This document shows, piece by piece, positions 1 through 8,742 of a stretch of 54,201 nucleotides of DNA. Positions within the stretch are counted from its first letter, which is position 1. Each line of letters opens with the position of its first letter. The position numbers were made by a program, and so were the translations under genes. The DNA comes from Rhodothermales bacterium (lineage in GTDB: Bacteria; Bacteroidota; Rhodothermia; Rhodothermales; JAHQVL01). The stretch lies in assembly GCA_041738655.1 (NCBI GenBank), contig JBGSPJ010000401.1, positions 1 through 54,201 on the forward strand, read 5' to 3'. The notes beneath the pieces are model-generated. The model searched no databases and was not told where the DNA came from. It worked only from the letters and a program-made list of their open reading frames with translations.

Positions 1-1
1 C

Positions 2-130
2 GATGAGGCGCGCGCCGCCGTAATCACGCATAGCGAGGCCGCACTGGCCGGCCTCAGCGCGCTCCCCGAATCGCCGACGCGGGCCACGCTCCACTATCTG
101 GTTGCTCGTCTTCAACATCGCCTCCATTAA
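2..130 (+). CDS. 3' end of a polyprenyl diphosphate synthase-family gene (5'-truncated by the window edge)
   Basis: Frame 2 is open from the window edge to TAA at 128-130. The translation DEARAAVITHSEAALAGLSALPESPTRATLHYLVARLQHRLH* resembles the C-terminal tail of trans-prenyltransferases (A..AL..LP.SP...L..L...R). Only 42 aa are visible. Confidence 0.4.
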   Translation, partial: DEARAAVITHSEAALAGLSALPESPTRATLHYLVARLQHRLH

Positions 131-200
131 AAGGCGAGGGCGTGGGGATTTTTTTGGCGGAAAGTGCTCCCGTCATACCGTGATAAATCATGATCAGGCG

Positions 201-470
201 ATGCTTGTTCGAGAAGTAACCGTAACCAACAAGGCGGGTCTGCATACGCGGCCGGCGTCGATGATCGTGCGCGCCGCGGCGCGGTTCAAAGCGGATTTTT
301 ACATTAAAAAAGACGGGTACGAAATCAACGGCAAGAGCATCATCGGCGTGATGACACTTGCCGCGGAACAGGGCGCCAGCCTGACGCTCACCTTCGACGG
401 CGCCGACGAACGCCAGGCCGCAGACGAGATCGCGCGTATCTTCGCGGACGGCTTCGGCGAAGAAAAGTAA
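201..470 (+). CDS. ptsH: Phosphocarrier protein HPr
   Basis: 89 aa from the internal ATG at 201; the longer ORF from 102 adds a non-HPr leader. Active-site His motif NKAGLHTRPAS. Regulatory Ser motif INGKSIIGVMTL. Sits directly upstream of Enzyme I. Confidence 0.9.
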   Translation: MLVREVTVTNKAGLHTRPASMIVRAAARFKADFYIKKDGYEINGKSIIGVMTLAAEQGASLTLTFDGADERQAADEIARIFADGFGEEK

Positions 471-508
471 CACGGCCGCGCCGGCCTTCATCAGAACGGA
501 CTCCCGCC

Positions 509-2380
509 ATGCACGCAGACAGGCCGAGCTTCCACGATGCGCTCGAACGGGACGAAACCGGGCCCGCCGAAGTCGGCGAACGCATCCTGCACGGGATCGG
601 CGTTTCGCAGGGCATCGCTATCGGCCCCGTATATCTCTATGCCCGGGAAGCGCTCGACGTGCAGCGGCACGATCTGCCCGAGGGCGATGTCGAGGCAGAA
701 GTCGAACGGTTTCTGAACGCCGTTGCGAGTGCGGAGCGGGAGCTGGAGAAGATCGCCTCGGTGGCCCGCGAAAAGCTCGGGGATACGAGCGCCGGCATCT
801 TCATGGCGCAATCCCTGATGCTGCAGGATATCGCCTTCCAAGAGGAAGTCATTGATCGCATTCGGGGCGAGCGGATCAATGCGGGTTATGTGGTCAAATC
901 CGCTATCACGGAGAGCCGGCAACGGATGGAGTCCAGCGAAAGCGAGTATATCCGCGAGCGCGCCAACGATTTACTGGATGTCCAGGATCGGATCATCCGC
1001 AACCTCCGCCGGGGCAAGCTGATCTCGGCCATCGAGCCGGAGACGGTGGTGGTGGCGGAAAACCTGACGGCCGCTGATGTACTCCTCTTCAGCCGGCGCA
1101 ACATCCGGGGGTGCGCCACCGATTTCGGAGGGCCGACATCGCATGTTTCGATCATGGCGCGTGCGCTCGGCGTGCCGGCCGTGGTGAGCATGCACCGCCT
1201 CAGCCGCGAAGTAGAGCAGGGAGACCGTGTCGTCCTGGACGGCTTCAACGGACGCGTCATCGTAAACCCCTCGCGCAAAACGCTGAAGGTCTACGAACGG
1301 CTGCGGGAGCGTTACCAGCGGCTCCTCAAAGAGCAACGCGCCTATATCCCCCTCGCTTCCGAAACCCGTGATGGGCTGCACGTGGCGCTGCGCGCCAATC
1401 TGGAATTCAAAGAAGAGATCGAATTGGTCGAGGAATTCGGGGCTGAGGGTATCGGGTTGTTTCGGACCGAGTTTCTGTTTCTCATGCGGGGCACGCTCAG
1501 CTGTACCGAGGATGAGCAATATGCCACGTATCGAGACATCGTGCTGGCCAACCGAGGCGGGCCTACCACCTTGCGGCTGCTCGATCTCGGGGGCGACAAG
1601 ATGTTGCCGATGGCCCATCGCGAGCACAACCCGTTTCTTGGATGGCGTGGCATCCGGGTGCTGCTGGACAAACGGGAGGACTTGCTGCTGCCTCAGTTGC
1701 GGGCTATCCTCCGCGCCAGTGCCCACGGACCGGTCCGCATCCTCGTACCGATGATCACCGATCTGTCCGAGGTGATGCAGCTCAAACAGCTCCTCGTAGA
1801 GGTCAAGGCGGCGTTGCGCAAGGAAGGGCATGCCTTTGACGAGGCGATACCCTTCGGAATCATGGTCGAGGTACCGGCCGTGGCGCTGGCCGCGGAACGG
1901 TTCGCGCGTGAGGTGGATTTTTTTTCCATCGGTACAAACGATCTCACGCAGTACGTGCTGGCGGTTGATCGTGGCAACGACCTCGTTTCGGGCCTTTACC
2001 AGGCGCTCCACCCGTCCGTGTTGCTTCTGATCGCCAAAATTGTGGAGGCGGCGGAACAGGAGGGTATCCCGGTTAGTGTGTGCGGGGAATTGGCGGCCGA
2101 CCCTCGGGCCATCCCCGTTCTGGTGGGGCTCGGGGTACACGAACTGAGCGCCGCGCCCATCTTTTTGCCCGAGATCAAACGCGTGATCCGGTCGATGGAA
2201 CGACAGGAAGCTGTGCTTCTGGCGCAGGAAATGATGCAGACACATGACCAGAAGACGCGCACGCGGATCCTGTTGGGCTGGCTGAAAGACCGAGATATCG
2301 ATTATTTCCAGTTCATACGGGAAGACCCGGAAGGCGCCGCCGGCGCCGACGCAGCGTCTCCCCAGGCCTCTCTCACGTGA
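509..2380 (+). CDS. ptsI: Phosphoenolpyruvate-protein phosphotransferase (PTS Enzyme I)
   Basis: 623 aa. Phospho-His motif GGPTSHVSIMARALGVPAV. PEP-utilising C-terminal motifs FFSIGTNDLTQY and VCGELA. The N-terminus is about 25 aa longer than a typical EI, so the start is uncertain. Confidence 0.92.
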   Translation: MHADRPSFHDALERDETGPAEVGERILHGIGVSQGIAIGPVYLYAREALDVQRHDLPEGDVEAEVERFLNAVASAERELEKIASVAREKLGDTSAGIFMAQSLMLQDIAFQEEVIDRIRGERINAGYVVKSAITESRQRMESSESEYIRERANDLLDVQDRIIRNLRRGKLISAIEPETVVVAENLTAADVLLFSRRNIRGCATDFGGPTSHVSIMARALGVPAVVSMHRLSREVEQGDRVVLDGFNGRVIVNPSRKTLKVYERLRERYQRLLKEQRAYIPLASETRDGLHVALRANLEFKEEIELVEEFGAEGIGLFRTEFLFLMRGTLSCTEDEQYATYRDIVLANRGGPTTLRLLDLGGDKMLPMAHREHNPFLGWRGIRVLLDKREDLLLPQLRAILRASAHGPVRILVPMITDLSEVMQLKQLLVEVKAALRKEGHAFDEAIPFGIMVEVPAVALAAERFAREVDFFSIGTNDLTQYVLAVDRGNDLVSGLYQALHPSVLLLIAKIVEAAEQEGIPVSVCGELAADPRAIPVLVGLGVHELSAAPIFLPEIKRVIRSMERQEAVLLAQEMMQTHDQKTRTRILLGWLKDRDIDYFQFIREDPEGAAGADAASPQASLT

Positions 2381-2477
2381 TGCATCAGCGGGTCCGCCCT
2401 GGCCGGCCCGGCGCCGTTCTTGTTGCTCCCTTCCCATGATCCAGTCAGGCGTCGCCTGACCCCAGTGAATCGTACCT

Positions 2478-3548
2478 ATGCAATCCAAAACGAATCTGTC
2501 GCTTTCCGATATTCGCCGTACCGACACCCGGGGCATGTATGACCTCGTCGCCGGTTTCCCCGATCATTTCAAGCAGGGCCGCGCCATCGCCGAGGCCGTC
2601 TCCCTCTCGATAGACGCCAGGGCCATGCGGCAGCTGGTCGTGATCGGGATGGGAGGATCGGCCATCTCCGGGGACTTGCTCCGCTGTTACGGGGTCGATC
2701 AGTCGCCCATCCCGATCCAGGTAGTCCGCAATTATGCCCTGCCGGCGTCAGTCGACCGTCAAACCCTGGTCGTGGCCTCCAGCTTTTCGGGCAACACCGA
2801 GGAATCGCTGGCCGGCTTTGAGGAAGCCATGGCGCGTAAAGCCACCGTCGTGTGCATCGCGTCCGGGGGCCAACTGTTGGATCTGGCCCGGAAGCACGGG
2901 CTCCCGTATGCGCAGATTCCAGGCGGCATGCCGCCCCGCGCCGCGCTGGGGTATTCGCTCGCGGTGTTGATGGTGTTCGCCCGGAAGATGGGCGTCATCC
3001 AGGTGCCCGATGAGGCGTGGGACGAGGCGGATTCGCTCCTCCGGATGCAGACGGCGCTCTACGGCGACCCTACGTCGGCACACCTCGCCCGGACGGTCGC
3101 CGACGGCGTCGTCGGCCGGCTGCCGGTTGTGTACAGCTCTCTGGGGCTGCTCGAAGCCGTCAACCTCCGCTGGCGCGGTCAATTTCAGGAAAACAGCAAG
3201 ATGCTGGCCGCCGGCAACCTCTACCCCGAACTGAATCACAACGAAATCATGGGCTGGGAGCAGACGGGCGCCTCTTCCCTCCAGAGCCAGATGGGCGTGA
3301 TTGTCCTGCGCGACCGCGAGGACCATCCCCGCATCCAGCACCGGATGGACGTGACGCGATCGCTCATCCAGTCGCGCGCCGGCAGCTGGACCGAAGTGTC
3401 GACCTCGGGCGAACATCGCCTCACCCGGATGGTGTCGCTGGTCAATCTTGGCGATTGGGCCAGCCTCTACGCGGCCTATGTTCGCGCCGTGGACCCGACG
3501 CCGATCGGCCTCATCGACCAGCTGAAGGACGCGTTGGCCAACGTTTGA
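2478..3548 (+). CDS. Bifunctional phosphoglucose/phosphomannose isomerase (SIS-domain PGI/PMI family)
   Basis: 356 aa. SIS-domain motifs VIGMGGSAISGDLL and SFSGNTEE. Size and layout fit the small PGI/PMI family. Confidence 0.75.
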   Translation: MQSKTNLSLSDIRRTDTRGMYDLVAGFPDHFKQGRAIAEAVSLSIDARAMRQLVVIGMGGSAISGDLLRCYGVDQSPIPIQVVRNYALPASVDRQTLVVASSFSGNTEESLAGFEEAMARKATVVCIASGGQLLDLARKHGLPYAQIPGGMPPRAALGYSLAVLMVFARKMGVIQVPDEAWDEADSLLRMQTALYGDPTSAHLARTVADGVVGRLPVVYSSLGLLEAVNLRWRGQFQENSKMLAAGNLYPELNHNEIMGWEQTGASSLQSQMGVIVLRDREDHPRIQHRMDVTRSLIQSRAGSWTEVSTSGEHRLTRMVSLVNLGDWASLYAAYVRAVDPTPIGLIDQLKDALANV

Positions 3549-3816
3549 CGCTGGCCCGGGGGCACCGGTCGCGAAGTTACTCGCCCCGGTGCTCCTGCCC
3601 GGTGGCCCGACGCCAGCAACAGTTGGCCGATCGTCGGGGCCAATCAGTAGGTGTTGGTGGCGGTTCGAGCGTAATATCCCTGGCTGGCTGACGACACAGC
3701 GGGGGAACGAGAATTGCCTCTGCTTCGTTGCCAGAAAACAAGAAATGGTGAAGCCCTCGGCGGGGCGCTGGCGTTCCGCGCGAAAGGGGCTCACTCACCT
3801 TCAGGATCCGTGCACC

Positions 3817-6768
3817 ATGGCGACATTTCGGCAGGGCGTTGCTACGCTACTTCTCGGGTTTTTGTGCGTCATCCAGCCGGCACAGGCCCAGTATCACTTC
3901 GGCCGCAATAAAATCCAGTACGAAAACTTCGACTGGCAGGTGCTGAAGACCGAGCACTTCGACGTGCTCTATTACCCCGAGATGCAGGAGCTCGCGGAGT
4001 ACGGGGCGCAATTCGCCGAAACCGTGTATGCCGAGCTAGAGAACCGATTCAACTATACCCTCAACCACCGCGTCCCGCTCATTTTTTATTCGTCTAACCT
4101 CCATTTCAAGCAGACAAATACCACCTCAGGCTTTATTCCAGACGGGGTAGGCGGCTTCTTTGAGTTTTTGAAGGGTCGCGTCGTTATTCCCGCCAACGGC
4201 GACATTCACAAATTCCGCCGGGTGATCCGGCACGAGCTCGTCCACGTATTCACGTTTGTGAAGGTCCTGCGCGTGATGAAGGAGTACCGACTTCCGGCCA
4301 ATCGCCTGCCGCCGCTGTGGTTCACCGAAGGGCTGGCCGAGTACTGGTCGGGCGAACCGGACTACCAGCACGAGATGGTCATGCGTGATGCCATCTTCTC
4401 GAACTACCTCGTGCCTCTGGAGAGCATGCACCGCATCAACGGCACGTACCTCATGTACAAAGAGGGCGAGGCCGTATTTCGATTTATCTCCGATACTTAC
4501 GGGGAGGAAAAAATCCTCCGGATGATTGACAACTTCTGGAAAGAGACGGATTTCCGGAAAGTGCTCGAACTCACGTTGCACGAGGATTTCAGCCGCATCT
4601 CGGATCGGTGGGTCGCGTGGATGAAGGAGCGGTATTACCCGGAACTGGAGACGACGGCGCCGCCCTCGCTGGTGTCGAAGCCGCTCTCACGGCCGGGATT
4701 TAGTTCGAAGCCGGCGTTCTACGAATTTGTAGACGGCACGCGCAAGGTGTATTACATCGCCAACCGGACGGGCTATACCAATCTTTATGAAGTCGAGCTC
4801 GATTCGCTCTTCCGGCCGGCCGGGAAGGAACGCGTGCTGATCAAGGGCGAGCGCGACCAACGCTTCGAAGCGTTCCATTTTTTTGAGAGCCGAACCAGTG
4901 TCTCGGCCGATGGCAAACTCGCGTTTGTCACGAAAAGCGGCGGGAGCAATAGCCTCCATGTTTACGACCTCGTGGCCGACCGACTGGCGGCCTCGTATCA
5001 GTTCAATGACCTGATCGCGGTCTACTCGCCCACCTGGGATCCAGAGGGTGAAGAGCTGGCCTTTACGTCGATCGATCGTAGCGGATTTAATGACCTGTAT
5101 CGTTTCGACACGCGTACGGAGACGCTGGTCAAGCTGACCAACGACAGCTACGACGAACGCGACCCGTCCTGGAGCCCGGATGGTCGGCACATCGCGTTTT
5201 CATCCGATCGTACCTCGTTGGGTGATGCCGGCGCGTACAACCTCTTTACATTCGGAGTGGATGACGGATCGATCCGGTACGTCACCTTTGGTACGCAGCA
5301 CGATTTCTCGCCGCAATGGACGCCCGACGGGCGATTCCTGCTGTACACGAGCGCGCGTAGGGACAGCGTGGGCCGTTTCGGGCCACAAAACATCTGGGCG
5401 ATCGACATGACGGCGGAAATCGGCGTCCCGCCGGCGGTAGCGTCCGCTTCGCTCGCGCCCATCGACGACCTGCCCACCGCGCCCACGATGACGCGGACGG
5501 CCAGCCGGCTCACGGACATCACCACGGCGGCCTACGACCCGGTATGGACTCGCGACGGCCAAATAGTGTTCACCAGCTTCGAACAGCTGAGCTTCACAAT
5601 TCGGACACTCGCCAGCGCCGACTCGTTGCTCCAACATCCCAACACGGAGATCGAACATCCCGTCACCCTCACGGGCGAGCACTGGGCGTTCGAACGGATC
5701 GACGCGGAAAGCGAGGTCACGCGAAATCCCTACAAGCGTAAGTACTCGCTTGATGTCGCCCAGGGCATGGTCAGCCAGAATCAGGTGTTGGGGACCTACG
5801 GCGGCGCCATTGTCGCCGTGTCGGACTTGATGAGCAACGATCGGTGGTTTCTCACGCTCTTTAATCTCGGGCGCTCCCGGCAGGACTTCCTCCAGAGCAT
5901 GAACGTGGCCGTCACGCGCGTGCAAACCCACCGGCGTACCAACTACTCGTACGGCCTGTACCGCTACGGAGGGGAACGCTACGATATCACCGACCCGGAC
6001 GCTCCGACGAGTTTTCCTTTTGTGTTCGAAACGATGTATGGGGGCGTCGGCGCCGTGAGTTATCCCATCTCCATGTTCCAGCGCGTCGAGTTGAGCACTT
6101 CGCTCAACTGGAACCGGCGCGAGATCCCCGTTCAGCAGATCGATCGGGAAGCCATCCTGCTTTCTAATACGATCTCGCTGGTCCACGACAATACGCTCTA
6201 CGGCATGAACGGCCCGGTGCAGGGCTGGCGCGCCAATCTGACGGCCGGCTATACGTCGGACGTGCGGTACTCCAACGTCAACTACTTTAGCCTCATGGCG
6301 GATGTGCGGTACTACTTCCGCTTGACCCGTCAGCTCACCTTCGCGTCCCGCCTGGTGGGCCGGCTCAACGAAGGACGCGAGGCACGGCTCTTTATCCTGG
6401 GCGGCAGCTGGGACCTGCGTGGGCAGAGCCTCTTTAGCGTCCGCGGTAAGAAGATGTGGTTCGTCTCCAACGAACTACGCTTCCCCATCCTGAACAATCC
6501 GACCCTCTATATCCCCGTCCTTGCGCCGTTTGGGGTGGCCAATTTGCGAGGCGCGGCTTTTTTTGATGCCGCCCATGCCTGGAATGACGGCTACAACGTC
6601 GCCCAGCCGAATATCCGAACCGGTCAGACGCTCGGTGCGGTGGGCTTAGGGTTACGGATGAATCTGTTTGGCGGCATTGTGTTGCGGTACGATCTCGGTT
6701 ACTCTTACCGCGATTGGGTGCCATCGGACCGGCTGTTCCGGCAATTCTTCTTCGGATATGACTTCTAG
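3817..6768 (+). CDS. Outer-membrane fusion protein: signal peptide, HExxH (MA-type) metallopeptidase-like domain, PD40/TolB-like beta-propeller repeats, Omp85 (bacterial surface antigen) beta-barrel
   Basis: Start set at the ATG at 3817, which gives the signal peptide MATFRQGVATLLLGFLCVIQPAQA. HELVH at 4231-4245 with downstream FTEGLAEYW. Four PD40-like repeats (SPTWDPEGEELAFTS, DPSWSPDGRHIAFSS, FSPQWTPDGRFLLYTS, YDPVWTRDGQIVFTS). The C-terminal ~340 aa is barrel-like and ends in FFFGYDF with a terminal Phe. Confidence 0.8.
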   Translation: MATFRQGVATLLLGFLCVIQPAQAQYHFGRNKIQYENFDWQVLKTEHFDVLYYPEMQELAEYGAQFAETVYAELENRFNYTLNHRVPLIFYSSNLHFKQTNTTSGFIPDGVGGFFEFLKGRVVIPANGDIHKFRRVIRHELVHVFTFVKVLRVMKEYRLPANRLPPLWFTEGLAEYWSGEPDYQHEMVMRDAIFSNYLVPLESMHRINGTYLMYKEGEAVFRFISDTYGEEKILRMIDNFWKETDFRKVLELTLHEDFSRISDRWVAWMKERYYPELETTAPPSLVSKPLSRPGFSSKPAFYEFVDGTRKVYYIANRTGYTNLYEVELDSLFRPAGKERVLIKGERDQRFEAFHFFESRTSVSADGKLAFVTKSGGSNSLHVYDLVADRLAASYQFNDLIAVYSPTWDPEGEELAFTSIDRSGFNDLYRFDTRTETLVKLTNDSYDERDPSWSPDGRHIAFSSDRTSLGDAGAYNLFTFGVDDGSIRYVTFGTQHDFSPQWTPDGRFLLYTSARRDSVGRFGPQNIWAIDMTAEIGVPPAVASASLAPIDDLPTAPTMTRTASRLTDITTAAYDPVWTRDGQIVFTSFEQLSFTIRTLASADSLLQHPNTEIEHPVTLTGEHWAFERIDAESEVTRNPYKRKYSLDVAQGMVSQNQVLGTYGGAIVAVSDLMSNDRWFLTLFNLGRSRQDFLQSMNVAVTRVQTHRRTNYSYGLYRYGGERYDITDPDAPTSFPFVFETMYGGVGAVSYPISMFQRVELSTSLNWNRREIPVQQIDREAILLSNTISLVHDNTLYGMNGPVQGWRANLTAGYTSDVRYSNVNYFSLMADVRYYFRLTRQLTFASRLVGRLNEGREARLFILGGSWDLRGQSLFSVRGKKMWFVSNELRFPILNNPTLYIPVLAPFGVANLRGAAFFDAAHAWNDGYNVAQPNIRTGQTLGAVGLGLRMNLFGGIVLRYDLGYSYRDWVPSDRLFRQFFFGYDF

Positions 6769-7933
6769 CCCCTCTGCGGCAGCGGCCCTCGCGACGGTCG
6801 TTCTCGCGTGTTGCCTTGCCGGCTGTAACTCGTTTTCCTACAAGACGCGCCCCATCTCGCCCGACGACTGGATCGCGTCCGGGGCCGATCTTGCCCGAAC
6901 TTCCATGGCCGACTGGCGGCTCGAACCGCCACTCGAAAAAGCCTGGGAATTCGATGTGGGCGCCGGTACAGGTCCGGGCTCGGTGCTGGTCGCCGGCGAT
7001 CTGGTCCTCGTGGCCAATCGGAAGGGGCAGCTCCTGGCACTTGATATAGAAAAGGGCAAACGGGTAGGGCGCCAGCGATTCAACGCTCCTGTCGAGGGTG
7101 GAATGGGCATTGCCGGGACGATGTTGCTTGTGCCAGGAGCCAAACGAAAAGAGTCCGTAACGGCCTTTGACCTCGTGCGTGGCAAGGAAGCCTGGAAAGT
7201 ACGCGAGGGTTCGGTGGAATCCGGCGTGCTCGCGCTCGATTCCCTGGCGGTCGTGATCGACGCACAGGCCATGCTGCGGGTTGTCGAGGTGCGGAGCGGT
7301 GAAGAGCGATGGACACACGCGCTTGATTCGATGGCGTACATCCTGAGCACGCCTGTCGCCGAAGGCTCCGTGGTCTATGCGGCGAACGAGGAGGGGGTGG
7401 TGTTTGCAGTGGATGTAGTTCGGCAGATGCGCCTCTGGCGGCGGGATCTGAACACGCCCGTGCTTCAGTCCCTGGGTATTGGCGCCGGTCTGATCCTCGT
7501 GCCCACCACGCGCGGCCGGCTCTATGGGCTGGACGCCCGCACGGGCGAGACGCGGTGGACCTTCGCGTTGCCCGATACGACCGTTCGCTTCTCGGCCACG
7601 GCATTCGATTCACGCGACGGCGTCGCCGCCGTGGGAACGACCGACGGGCACGTCCGGGCGATTCGCGCCGAGACGGGCGTGGAGATGTGGGTCGCCAATG
7701 TGGGGGATCCAGTGACGGCTGCCCCGTTAATGACGCAACAGACCGTGTATGCCGGCACGCTCGGCCGGCAGTTGATCGCCCTTGATCGAAATACGGGCCT
7801 CAAGCTCTGGGATTTTACGATGCCAGGACGGGTCCAATCCGCCATGGCCGCCACCGAGGACATGCTGTTTGTCTTGTCGGAACCGCAACGCCTCGTCGCC
7901 TTCCGCATCGCGGAGGCGGCGATAACCGAGTAA
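6758..7933 (+). CDS. BamB-like PQQ-type beta-propeller lipoprotein
   Basis: The ATG at 6758 overlaps the upstream stop by 11 nt. Lipobox LAGC follows a hydrophobic signal (AAALATVVLACCLAGCNS). Repeated propeller blades (YAANEEGVVFAVD, GRLYGLDARTGETRW, GHVRAIRAETGVEMW, RQLIALDRNTGLKLW). Confidence 0.75.
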   Translation: MTSSPSAAAALATVVLACCLAGCNSFSYKTRPISPDDWIASGADLARTSMADWRLEPPLEKAWEFDVGAGTGPGSVLVAGDLVLVANRKGQLLALDIEKGKRVGRQRFNAPVEGGMGIAGTMLLVPGAKRKESVTAFDLVRGKEAWKVREGSVESGVLALDSLAVVIDAQAMLRVVEVRSGEERWTHALDSMAYILSTPVAEGSVVYAANEEGVVFAVDVVRQMRLWRRDLNTPVLQSLGIGAGLILVPTTRGRLYGLDARTGETRWTFALPDTTVRFSATAFDSRDGVAAVGTTDGHVRAIRAETGVEMWVANVGDPVTAAPLMTQQTVYAGTLGRQLIALDRNTGLKLWDFTMPGRVQSAMAATEDMLFVLSEPQRLVAFRIAEAAITE

Positions 7934-7938
7934 TCGAG

Positions 7939-8742
7939 ATGAACCGTTTCCCGAGTTTTGTCGCGACCCGTCTGGTCGGGTGGCTTGCGGTCGGCCTCCT
8001 GATGCTCGCCCTGCCGGCGACGACGCGCGCGCAGGAGTATGCCGTAGTTTCTGTCGAAAGTAACACCGCTGATGCGCTCGTCTACGCGGATTCGCTCTAC
8101 CTGGGGCGGGCGCAGACACAGTGGTTTTTTGTGCCCAGAGAAACGGCGCAACTCCGCCTTGTCTACCCGTCGGGAGATAGCTGGTCGATGACGCCCGCGC
8201 AACTTCCCGTGGATCTACGCACGGTGGATACGCTGCGGGTCACGCTGGATTTTATGTACCACTACGCGATCACCACGGACCCGTTTGATGCCAGCGTGTT
8301 GCTCGAAACGCCGGATGGGCGTTCGTTGCTGGGCACAACACCGCTGCTCCACACGTCGTCCGAGCCTTTGCAGGGGATGCTGTTGTTGCAGAAGGAGGGC
8401 TACGCGTTGAAGCGGCTTACCCCCGGTGATCGCATCTGGAACCGGCATGACGAGAGCCTCACGCCGGAGGCGCCGGACCTGGCCCTCGACGCGGTCGGCG
8501 AACTGGACCGCGGGCCGCGTGGGCGCTGGCTGAATCTGGCGTTGGGCGGTGCCGCCGTTGCTTCGGGTGTTCTGGCCGTTCATTTCAAGATGAAGGCCGA
8601 CGCCCGGTATGATCTCTATGCGGTTGACGGCGACCCACGGCTCCGCGGTAGCTTCGAGCGGTTTGACCGCCGCGCCGCGGTGGCGCTTGGTGCCATGCAG
8701 GTTGGGGTTGGCGTCCTTGCGATCCGTCTCGTGCGTCAGTAG
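7939..8742 (+). CDS. Secreted/membrane-anchored PEGA-like domain protein (hypothetical)
   Basis: Starts 5 nt after the upstream stop. Signal-like N-terminus (LVGWLAVGLLMLALPATTRAQE). PEGA-like segments (VYADSLYLGRA, DASVLLETPDGRSLLGTTPLL). Two C-terminal hydrophobic helices. Confidence 0.5.
   Translation: MNRFPSFVATRLVGWLAVGLLMLALPATTRAQEYAVVSVESNTADALVYADSLYLGRAQTQWFFVPRETAQLRLVYPSGDSWSMTPAQLPVDLRTVDTLRVTLDFMYHYAITTDPFDASVLLETPDGRSLLGTTPLLHTSSEPLQGMLLLQKEGYALKRLTPGDRIWNRHDESLTPEAPDLALDAVGELDRGPRGRWLNLALGGAAVASGVLAVHFKMKADARYDLYAVDGDPRLRGSFERFDRRAAVALGAMQVGVGVLAIRLVRQ

Noticed and set aside
971-2536. 521-aa minus-strand ORF antisense to ptsI
   Set aside because: It lies entirely within the well-supported Enzyme I gene on the opposite strand. 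The translation is Arg/Gly/Pro/His-rich and low in complexity, with no motif. This is a typical stop-codon-poor antisense frame in high-GC DNA.
3559-3597. Possible terminator hairpin after the PGI/PMI gene (GGGGCACCGG...CCGGTGCTCC)
   Set aside because: The stem is imperfect and no T-run follows, so I cannot support it as an intrinsic terminator.
2748-3794. 348-aa minus-strand ORF antisense to the PGI/PMI gene
   Set aside because: A high-GC antisense artefact with no recognisable domain. The sense strand carries clear SIS-domain motifs.
3589-3816. 76-codon N-terminal extension of the Omp85-fusion ORF
   Set aside because: The extension (MLLPGGPTPATVGRSS...) has no signal-peptide character. 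The ATG at 3817 gives a textbook signal peptide, so I used the shorter start.
5200-6186. 328-aa minus-strand ORF inside the Omp85-fusion gene
   Set aside because: Antisense to a frame with PD40 repeats and a barrel C-terminus. The composition is Arg/Gly/Val-rich with no motifs.
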